Shown here: positions 57,353 to 64,000 of the stretch, in pieces
Position numbering within the stretch: position 1 is the first letter of the stretch
Layout: every line of letters begins with the position of its first letter
DNA from: Escherichia phage UPEC03
Direction: 5' to 3' (one strand)
Length of the DNA: 64,000 nucleotides
Sequence record: MW250785
The notes under the pieces: generated by a model
The model's database searches: none
What the model was told of the DNA's origin: nothing
The model's input: the letters and a program-made list of their open reading frames with translations, nothing else
Translations under genes and position numbers: made by a program

Positions 57353-57975
57353 TTTGGCAGGGTATCCATTTCACGAGATTTTGCTTTCAGGATGTCAATC
57401 ACAGTAGTCATCGCCTGTTCTACATCACCATCATAGTGAACCAGGAATGTTTTGTGAAGTCCCATGATCAGACGATTGATGATATAAGCCATTTCTGACG
57501 GTAACAGTTTACCATTCTGGCGATCGTACTTTCCAAACAAGCGGTAGAGTTCTGCGCTGTTGCCTGGCTTCTCAATGCTGAAATTATGCATCCCAGACAG
57601 AATACCATCCAGATACAGAACAGTTTTGTTATCACTACGCAGGTGTCCGCCGACCTTGTAGTAGTTGCTGAATACATACGGTTTTTCGCGGATATCTTCG
57701 ATATCGAAATCACCATGATCTTCGATGTTGCCAACATGGGCGAAGAAATGATGATCTTCCAGTTCGAGAAGGATTGCACCCTTTTTGTATGGGAATCCGA
57801 CTAAATCGATCTGCCAGCCATTTTCACCGACAAAGACATCATCGACAACCACGAAATCCGGCAGCATAGGCGCGTATGCGTGGTTCTTTTCGTTGTTTTC
57901 ACGATAGGCTTGTGGTTCGGACAGATACAGGATATCGCCTTTTACAACTTCACCCCAGAATACGTTACGTGACAT
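57349..57975 (-). CDS. hypothetical protein (208 aa)
   Basis: Start moved to internal ATG with GAGGAAA SD because the longer ORF would translate through the hairpin at ~57993-58008. Confidence 0.45.
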   Translation of the reverse strand: MSRNVFWGEVVKGDILYLSEPQAYRENNEKNHAYAPMLPDFVVVDDVFVGENGWQIDLVGFPYKKGAILLELEDHHFFAHVGNIEDHGDFDIEDIREKPYVFSNYYKVGGHLRSDNKTVLYLDGILSGMHNFSIEKPGNSAELYRLFGKYDRQNGKLLPSEMAYIINRLIMGLHKTFLVHYDGDVEQAMTTVIDILKAKSREMDTLPK

Positions 57976-58016
57976 ATTATTTTCCTCAATATGCCCCCTT
58001 TCGGGGGCGGTCATTG

Positions 58017-60263
58017 TTAGATTTTGACTTCTTTTTCTTCCAGGACGATTTCACATTCGAATGATGTGGTTTCCCAGACTTTCCAGAAATCGGATGGAAT
58101 ATTATCTTCTTTCGGAAGAATATCTTTTGCAGCGATAGAAACTTTGGTTTCTTCGAAGTCCAGATCCGCGAACCATGCATGGGCTACTACAACACCGTAC
58201 ATTACGCGACTTAAACGGGCATTCAGTTTACGGACTTCCTGAATCGTTGCCTTTGTCTGCTTATCAAGATACTCGACTACCTGATCTTTGTCAAGCGCAT
58301 CCAGTTCAGATTTCACCTGATCGTAAGCCCACAGGATAATCAGGTCGCCGTTGTTCAGTTTCTTCTTACCTTCGTCACGTTTCGCGACGGTAGCCGCTAC
58401 AGCAGGAAGGGAGGAAACACCCTTGACTTTCACGTTCAGTTCTTTCGACATGTAAACATCAGTCGATTCTGTGCGCTCAACCTTCGGAGAGAACCCGTAA
58501 TCACGAATATCCTGTTCAGACAGCCATTCACCCGCTGCATCACCAAAGCGCTGTTTCAGCCCTTCTGCGTTGCGCAGTCCGATCGCGTTGTCACGGAAGA
58601 ACTTCATAACCTTCTGACGGCCTTTCAGGATTTCCAGACGCACGTTATCAGTCACGAACTCTTTACCGCTTAACCCGCGAGTCATGCCACGGTTAACCAG
58701 AGGCAGAGAGGTAAAGTCTACCAGTACCGACATACGGTCATCACCGATTTTTTCCAGCGGCTTGATAGTCAGGCCAGAAGCGCGAAGGTTTTTCAGTGTC
58801 GGAATATCAGTTTCCAGCGGCAGAACTTTCACGTTCACGATACCATCTTTAACGATGGTGAAGTTACGCACCTGCTTAGTTTCGATTTTTTCCGGCAGAC
58901 CGAATTCTTTCTGTTTGCTTTCTGGGATAGTCACATACCCTTCCAGATCCGTGTTGATGGAAATGTTAGGACGGGAACTGTTACCCACCAGATGTTTAAC
59001 CGATACTTTGGTTGTGGTCTGGGTAAATTTCGGTGTCCAGACTTCATGCGCTACCATTTGCGCCGCCAGTGCTTTACGTTCTTCTGGGATTGCAGCGTTT
59101 GCGATCTGTTCGGTCAGTTGATCCAGTGTATCATCTTCTTTCTGTACAGTCTGACGGCCTGTGCGGTTATACGCCCAGTGCTCAGAAGACAGGTCGATCA
59201 CTGTGTCAGTTTGTGCCAGCAGTTCGAGCGCATCAACCAGAGTGAACGCGTTTTCGTCTGGAACCATGTTGTAATCAATACCATCAACGAAACGCTGTGA
59301 TGGATCTACAACAGCCTGTGCAATCAGGTCTTTCGCGTTGGAGTAGTCCTGTTTGGTAAAGCAGTTGTCATACGCCTTGATCAGACGGACATCACCCAGC
59401 TTTTGAAGCACTTTCCATGCCAGATCAGGGTTCATTGTGTGCAGTGCATGATAAAGCACGACATACAGAACTTGCTGTTCGCTGGCGATGTTCGGATCGA
59501 ATCCGTCAACATCATTAATCGCGTTTTCACCCAGCGCCCAGATGTTTTTGATGTGTTCTGGAACTAGCACAACACCGTTTGCAGCGTTCAGGACATACAC
59601 GCACCCTTCGTCCAGGTAGATCGCATGGGTAGCATCAGCAACTTTGACTTCGATACGCGCGGAAGTCTGCGCGGTGATGATTTCGTTAAATGCTGGTTCG
59701 TATGCGTCGAAACCTTCAACGAATTTGTGCAATGCGTTGGTTGCTTCTGCCATTTTTTCCAGCAGAGGACGGTTTACATAATAACCGTATTCCAGGAACG
59801 CGATACTGTTGAAAGTCAGTGGCAGAACCGCACACGCTTTCAGAATATCATCGGTACGCCAGCAGTTATCATAACCATCAGTCAGGAAGATCAGGCTGTT
59901 CAGGTTGCCGTTTTCAGATTGCAGATCGGTAGCGATTTCCGCAGCCAGATTCAACGGCTCAACAAAGCCAGTACAACCCGTAGGTTTCAGGTAACGGTCG
60001 ATAGCCGCGCAGATGTTAGACAGGTCAGAGACATTGCTAACCTTCTCACCACGGAACACCGTGCCGTAATCGCCTTTGCTGGAGAAGTACAGGATCGAAA
60101 CGGTGTCATCCTGTTTAACCAGACTCGCCAGATTTGCTTTCAGGTGTTTACGGATCTTAGGCAGTTCGTTGTACATTGAACCGGATACGTCACACACGAA
60201 AACGTGGTTTGTCGGGGTTGGCTTCGATACAGCGTTTTTGAATTCGATATTTGTGATTGACAT
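58017..60263 (-). CDS. large von Willebrand factor A (vWA) domain protein, 748 aa
   Basis: N-terminal MIDAS-type motif VFVCDVSGSM (DxSxS) and downstream FLTDGYDN; C-terminal ~550 aa without recognisable domain. Confidence 0.7.
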   Translation of the reverse strand: MSITNIEFKNAVSKPTPTNHVFVCDVSGSMYNELPKIRKHLKANLASLVKQDDTVSILYFSSKGDYGTVFRGEKVSNVSDLSNICAAIDRYLKPTGCTGFVEPLNLAAEIATDLQSENGNLNSLIFLTDGYDNCWRTDDILKACAVLPLTFNSIAFLEYGYYVNRPLLEKMAEATNALHKFVEGFDAYEPAFNEIITAQTSARIEVKVADATHAIYLDEGCVYVLNAANGVVLVPEHIKNIWALGENAINDVDGFDPNIASEQQVLYVVLYHALHTMNPDLAWKVLQKLGDVRLIKAYDNCFTKQDYSNAKDLIAQAVVDPSQRFVDGIDYNMVPDENAFTLVDALELLAQTDTVIDLSSEHWAYNRTGRQTVQKEDDTLDQLTEQIANAAIPEERKALAAQMVAHEVWTPKFTQTTTKVSVKHLVGNSSRPNISINTDLEGYVTIPESKQKEFGLPEKIETKQVRNFTIVKDGIVNVKVLPLETDIPTLKNLRASGLTIKPLEKIGDDRMSVLVDFTSLPLVNRGMTRGLSGKEFVTDNVRLEILKGRQKVMKFFRDNAIGLRNAEGLKQRFGDAAGEWLSEQDIRDYGFSPKVERTESTDVYMSKELNVKVKGVSSLPAVAATVAKRDEGKKKLNNGDLIILWAYDQVKSELDALDKDQVVEYLDKQTKATIQEVRKLNARLSRVMYGVVVAHAWFADLDFEETKVSIAAKDILPKEDNIPSDFWKVWETTSFECEIVLEEKEVKI

Positions 60264-60599
60264 TTAAATTTTCTCGTATTTGAATTTTTCTAAAATTTCG
60301 TTAACTTTATTGCTTACTGCTTCGACTGTACGATCACACCCGAACTTACGCGCCAGGAGTTCAACGTATTCATCCATCGTAGTGAGTTTGGATTCTGCAA
60401 CGTCAAACGCAAGCGCATACATTACTGGATTCAATACTCGAACGATTTGGAGAGTATACTCGTTCAGTTCAAAACGTTCAAGATATTTTCGCAGAGAAAA
60501 TACATCAAACGGTGCGGGGCGATCCTGGCTAAAGGGGATCGACTCCCCTAATGCATAGCGAGGCATAACAACACAGACTTCGGTTTTTAACTTATCCAT
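60264..60599 (-). CDS. hypothetical protein
   Basis: ORF abutting vWA gene start. Confidence 0.45.
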   Translation of the reverse strand: MDKLKTEVCVVMPRYALGESIPFSQDRPAPFDVFSLRKYLERFELNEYTLQIVRVLNPVMYALAFDVAESKLTTMDEYVELLARKFGCDRTVEAVSNKVNEILEKFKYEKI

Positions 60600-61111
60600 C
60601 AGTGATGACTCTTTGATGTGTGTTCAAGGTTACGGAAGATGTTTCCATGTTCCAGTTGAGTTCCGATCGGGCCGCATTCATCGGAGTACGTGAATTCATA
60701 GATAAACACGCCGTCCTGATTGCCATACTTCGTGTTGTACTCTTCATACAACCACATTTTGATCAGAGCGTCTTTCTCTTCTGTGTCCAGATCGTACCAG
60801 TCTCGCCCGTCATACGCAAGCGCAATTTGAGGGTTTGAACGGTAGCGGGTTTCTGCGCTTTCTTCGGTTTCCCAGTCATAGCGTTTATCGTCGTAGAACG
60901 ATTCAAAGCTATTACCCAGATGACCGCCTAAGTCACGGTGAACATGATTGACCACTTCTTCCGCTGTTAACGGAGGATTGTAGTAACCGCAGTTCGGAAC
61001 GCAATCACCCATCATTTCGCGCAGGTTGTCGATATTAGTCGGATCTTTCGGGAACCGGACGATGAAACTACTTGATGAACTGTTGCTCACAAAACCAGAA
61101 CGGATTTTCAT
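60599..61111 (-). CDS. hypothetical protein, paralogue 2 with N-terminal MKIRSGFVSNSSSSSFI motif
   Basis: See 56691..57164. Confidence 0.5.
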   Translation of the reverse strand: MKIRSGFVSNSSSSSFIVRFPKDPTNIDNLREMMGDCVPNCGYYNPPLTAEEVVNHVHRDLGGHLGNSFESFYDDKRYDWETEESAETRYRSNPQIALAYDGRDWYDLDTEEKDALIKMWLYEEYNTKYGNQDGVFIYEFTYSDECGPIGTQLEHGNIFRNLEHTSKSHH

Positions 61112-61341
61112 TTTACATCCTCAAATTGTAAGTTTTCTTTGGTTGCGTTCGCAATGGCTTTTTCGTTGCTCAGTGTTACTATGCGCAGACGTTCTCCAGT
61201 AAAGCCGTCGCATTCAGTGATACTTACCCAGTCAAAAGGTTTAGCCATTTCAATCGCACGTTCCAGCGATACGGTAGAACCGACCAAATCACTAAATGTA
61301 TAGTAATCTTCGCTTAAACTTTCAACAGTATAAATTTTCAC
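61108..61341 (-). CDS. hypothetical small protein (MKIYTVESL...)
   Basis: ORF, 4-nt overlaps. Confidence 0.4.
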   Translation of the reverse strand: MKIYTVESLSEDYYTFSDLVGSTVSLERAIEMAKPFDWVSITECDGFTGERLRIVTLSNEKAIANATKENLQFEDVK

Positions 61342-61580
61342 GATACTTTACCTTTTGTTTCAGATTTCAGGACGATGTTACTGTAAGGATCTTTTGCTAC
61401 CAGTTCCCACAGGTCGCCAGGATGTTCCCCGCTACGGTAGACGGATGAACGGATGATTTCGTTAAACTTGCTCAGGGCTTCGTCTATGTCGTCATACCCG
61501 CATTTGAGAGGCTTACGGTTGCAACGAATGAAGAACATTTCGTTGGTATTCTCCCAGCGTTCGGCGTTTTTAACCTTCAT
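61338..61580 (-). CDS. hypothetical small protein
   Basis: ORF. Confidence 0.4.
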   Translation of the reverse strand: MKVKNAERWENTNEMFFIRCNRKPLKCGYDDIDEALSKFNEIIRSSVYRSGEHPGDLWELVAKDPYSNIVLKSETKGKVS

Positions 61581-61849
61581 ACCGCCTCCATTTTACCAAT
61601 GACTTCTTCGTATGTCACAGGGTTAGGTTCATAGCCGTTAGCGCCTATTGTATCGCCTACTCTGTTTCCTACTAAAGAAGCAACCGCAACTTTCTTGCCG
61701 TCTTTCCACGCAGTGAAATGCAGATTATCCGCAACATACGGGAAGGTTTCGTGATTGTTCACCGCGTCGATGCAGTCCATAACGGTATCAGACGCGCAGA
61801 TCAGATTACCAGGTTCATAATCAACCAAACATTCAACAGTGTAAATCAT
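61577..61849 (-). CDS. hypothetical small protein (MIYTVECL...)
   Basis: ORF. Confidence 0.4.
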   Translation of the reverse strand: MIYTVECLVDYEPGNLICASDTVMDCIDAVNNHETFPYVADNLHFTAWKDGKKVAVASLVGNRVGDTIGANGYEPNPVTYEEVIGKMEAV

Positions 61850-61865
61850 AATAATTTCCTCACGA

Positions 61866-61888
61866 AAAAGCCCCTTTCGGGGCTTGAT
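61866..61888 (-). terminator. GC hairpin AAAGCCCC-TTTC-GGGGCTT
   Basis: Seen in sequence. Confidence 0.5.
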
Positions 61889-61891
61889 TAA

Positions 61892-62170
61892 TCAGTGTCC
61901 GAACACACCACGAATAGACTCTGCGAACGCGTACAGTTCAGGGTTTTTCGCTTTCACTGTTTCGATTTGTTCCAGGATGTAATCTGGTTTGTATTTCGCA
62001 CCGAACCAGCAGTAAGAGAAAGAACGATCCCACATGAACACGTTGTAGTATTCACCGTTACGCACTTCAACCATCACGTAACCTGGATTAGAACCCAGCG
62101 GGTAATCTTTCAGTAGATTAAATTTCGCACCAGCGCCAGTACATCCGTTAAACAGGTCATTAAAAGTCAT
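61892..62170 (-). CDS. hypothetical small protein
   Basis: ATG after conserved leader copy. Confidence 0.4.
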   Translation of the reverse strand: MTFNDLFNGCTGAGAKFNLLKDYPLGSNPGYVMVEVRNGEYYNVFMWDRSFSYCWFGAKYKPDYILEQIETVKAKNPELYAFAESIRGVFGH

Positions 62171-62250
62171 GGTATGTTCCTTTTCAGTTTCGTTTCGGTA
62201 AAGCTAATGTATCACTATCCTGGTCAGTATGCAATGTTTAATTTTGCAAA
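62171..62250 (-). promoter_or_regulatory. cassette copy: -35 TTGCAT, 17-nt spacer, -10 TACATT, leader ...CCGAAACGAAACTGAAAAGGAAC
   Basis: Read on minus strand. Confidence 0.45.
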
Positions 62251-62760
62251 TTTACCAAAATGTTTTATCGCTTCCCGATCGTATGCTTTTGCAGCCTCGT
62301 ATTCGTCACGATAGGAACCGATATGTTTAACCTTGCCGTCAATCTTTATCTGTGCAATGTAACGTATTCCAGTAGGTTGATCACGTACACATACACCCTT
62401 GAATCGACTGGTTGCTACTCTTCGTTTAGTCCGGTTCTGACAGTTTCGGGATTGATCCGCTTCACGCAAGTTATCAATCCCGTCGCCAGCCTCAACACCA
62501 TTTTTATGATCAATCACATCAGGCAGTTTTCCGGTTGCAACGTAGTAGATGATTCGATGACGTAGATATCCTTTGCTTTTGAAATAAACGCGGGTATATC
62601 CTCCTTTAATCTTCGAACCTACTTCCTTTCCGATCAAGTCAGAACGTTTGTGTGACGTTCGTATAATTGTCCCCGTTTGTATATCAACAGAAACAGTTTT
62701 AAGGAATTCGTCAATTCCTTTCTGTTCTTCTTCGATTGTTCTTAGTCCGTTGTGTGACAT
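62224..62760 (-). CDS. HNH homing endonuclease with AP2 domain (paralogue D)
   Basis: RHRIIYYVATGKLPDVIDHKNGVEAGDGIDNLR + AP2-like SRFKGVCV...HIGSYRDEYEAAKAY; overlaps 3' end of C5-MTase gene. Confidence 0.8.
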   Translation of the reverse strand: MSHNGLRTIEEEQKGIDEFLKTVSVDIQTGTIIRTSHKRSDLIGKEVGSKIKGGYTRVYFKSKGYLRHRIIYYVATGKLPDVIDHKNGVEAGDGIDNLREADQSRNCQNRTKRRVATSRFKGVCVRDQPTGIRYIAQIKIDGKVKHIGSYRDEYEAAKAYDREAIKHFGKFAKLNIAY

Positions 62761-63665
62761 AACACCTTCTTGATTTGTTTTGCTATAGCCTCGATTACTG
62801 GTATTGAAACAGAATTACCTGCTTGTTTATACGCTTGCATCTTGCTTTTGTTGATAATAAACGAATCTGGGAAACCCTGCAAACGAAAACACTCACGGGG
62901 AGTAAGTCTTCGGGGGTTCTTTCCTTCCTGCAATACCAGACATTGAACACCATCTTTATAGTAATTTGCAGTGATAGTCCCAGTGTGCGTAGAATCGCTT
63001 GTGACGGCCTGATAACCGAAACCCTTACCGTTTGCCTTATTTCGTTCCTTACGCTCTCTAAAGCCCTTCCATGCGTTATCTGACAGGGTGAACGAATCAT
63101 CAGCATCTTCGAGGATGTCGCCTACGCGTGTAGGGGTACGCGGGGGAACCGGAAACGAAAAGAATACATCATCCAGGAAGCAGACAATAAACACGCGTTC
63201 CCGTCTTTGGGGTAGTCCGAAATCCTTTGTGTTCAGGCGTTGATAGAATACGTTATATCCTTCGGCCTCCAGAAGCCCGTAAATCGTTTTAAACGTCTTC
63301 CCCTTGTCATGGGTTAGCAGTTCAGGCACGTTCTCAAAGAACAACACACGGGGCTTTTTAGCGCGTATAATGCGGAGGATTTCGAAGAACACCGTACCGC
63401 GTACATCATCAAAGCCCAGTTTCAATCCGGCTTTACTGAACGCCTGACACGGGAACCCCGCGAGCAGGATATCATGATCAGGTACTTTGTTTTCATCAAT
63501 GGCGAATAGATCACCCTGTAGGTTATCATCGCCCCAGTTTTCGATATATGTTTGCTGTGCGAACTTGTCGATTTCAGACGTTAAAAGGCATTCGACACCG
63601 CCGAACGCCTTATCAAATCCTAATCGAACCCCGCCCACACCAGCGCAGAGGTCAATTATTTTCAT
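62742..63665 (-). CDS. DNA (cytosine-5)-methyltransferase (Dcm-like)
   Basis: Motif I DLCAGVGG, motif IV GFPCQAFS, motif VI ENV, motif VIII QRRERVFIV, motif X GNSV. Confidence 0.8.
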   Translation of the reverse strand: MKIIDLCAGVGGVRLGFDKAFGGVECLLTSEIDKFAQQTYIENWGDDNLQGDLFAIDENKVPDHDILLAGFPCQAFSKAGLKLGFDDVRGTVFFEILRIIRAKKPRVLFFENVPELLTHDKGKTFKTIYGLLEAEGYNVFYQRLNTKDFGLPQRRERVFIVCFLDDVFFSFPVPPRTPTRVGDILEDADDSFTLSDNAWKGFRERKERNKANGKGFGYQAVTSDSTHTGTITANYYKDGVQCLVLQEGKNPRRLTPRECFRLQGFPDSFIINKSKMQAYKQAGNSVSIPVIEAIAKQIKKVLCHTTD

Positions 63666-63931
63666 ACGTCAAAATCAATCTCGTCGATTTTGTATGAGTT
63701 TTCGTCAATGTCCGCCCATAGGGTTACATTAACGTGTTTGCTATCTTCGTACAACTGGCGACCATCAATCCCGCCCGTGTAATTGCTTTCGGTACGTTCA
63801 GTAACTTCCAGTCGGAGGCTATCGCGCATGATCTGAACAACAGCCTGTTCCAGTGTAACTGCGTCTGGGTTTTTGGTATCGCCCAGTACAACATCTTTAA
63901 CGTTCAAAATAATATCAGTCATTAGTGCCAC
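63662..63931 (-). CDS. hypothetical acidic protein
   Basis: ORF with 4-nt overlap. Confidence 0.4.
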   Translation of the reverse strand: MALMTDIILNVKDVVLGDTKNPDAVTLEQAVVQIMRDSLRLEVTERTESNYTGGIDGRQLYEDSKHVNVTLWADIDENSYKIDEIDFDV

Positions 63932-64000
63932 TCCGTTTTAATACCATGTCGGTATGCGTCAATCCCCAGCGGGGTAATCAGCAACCATGCTTTCGAATTA

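Noticed and set aside
57993-58008. Hairpin GCCCCC-TTTC-GGGGGC between the vWA gene and the next ORF as an intrinsic terminator
   Set aside because: No U-run follows on the transcribed (minus) strand; more likely an RNA-stabilising or processing hairpin inside the operon, so not annotated as a terminator.
59625-60179. 184-aa plus-strand ORF
   Set aside because: Antisense inside the vWA-protein gene; no start signals.
1-64000. CRISPR array, integrase or prophage boundary
   Set aside because: No direct repeat-spacer arrays, no tyrosine/serine recombinase motifs and no att-like duplications seen; gene content is that of a lytic T4-like phage.
1-64000. Identification as phage T4 itself
   Set aside because: GC content appears clearly higher than T4, gene order differs, and the window holds genes T4 lacks (J-domain protein, vWA protein, C5-MTase).

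Overview
This window reads as a contiguous piece of a T4-like (Straboviridae/Tevenvirinae-type) myovirus genome, with about 120 densely packed genes, two tRNAs and no CRISPR array or integrase. Family assignments come from reading the translated ORFs against remembered T4 protein sequences; nothing was searched or computed, and motif/hairpin coordinates are approximate (+/-2 nt). Layout: (1) 1-22276, minus strand, DNA replication/repair module: denV, dexA, dda, gene 56 dCTPase, primase 61, helicase 41, uvsX, DNA polymerase 43, regA, clamp loader 62/44, clamp 45, gp32, gp59, gp33, dsbA and an rnh gene interrupted by one in-frame TAA. (2) 22500-48039, plus strand: late sigma factor gp55, gp47/gp46, a J-domain protein, frd-td-nrdA-nrdB, RNA ligase 1, spanin pair, pseT, cd, gp31, tRNA-Met(CAU) and tRNA-Gly(UCC), a GrcA-like glycyl-radical protein, a NADAR-like protein and DNA ligase gp30. 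(3) 48036-55210: baseplate genes 27, 28, 29, 48, 54, two hub candidates and 25. (4) 55236-64000, minus strand accessory block: a 748-aa vWA-domain protein, two paralogues sharing an identical N-terminal 17-mer, small ORFs and a C5-cytosine methyltransferase. Six freestanding homing-endonuclease genes (four HNH-AP2 paralogues, one HNH-zinc-finger, one GIY-YIG-like) sit between conserved genes. Genes are separated by GC-rich tetraloop hairpins, several embedding a sigma70-like -35 box followed by a repeated leader (promoter-early stem-loop-like cassettes). Gene order differs from T4 and, with the J-domain protein and many HNH genes, suggests an RB43/RB16-like 'pseudo-T-even' relative (inference). 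The leads I would follow first are the vWA operon with its flanking paralogues, the interrupted rnh, and the NADAR-like candidate counter-defence gene.
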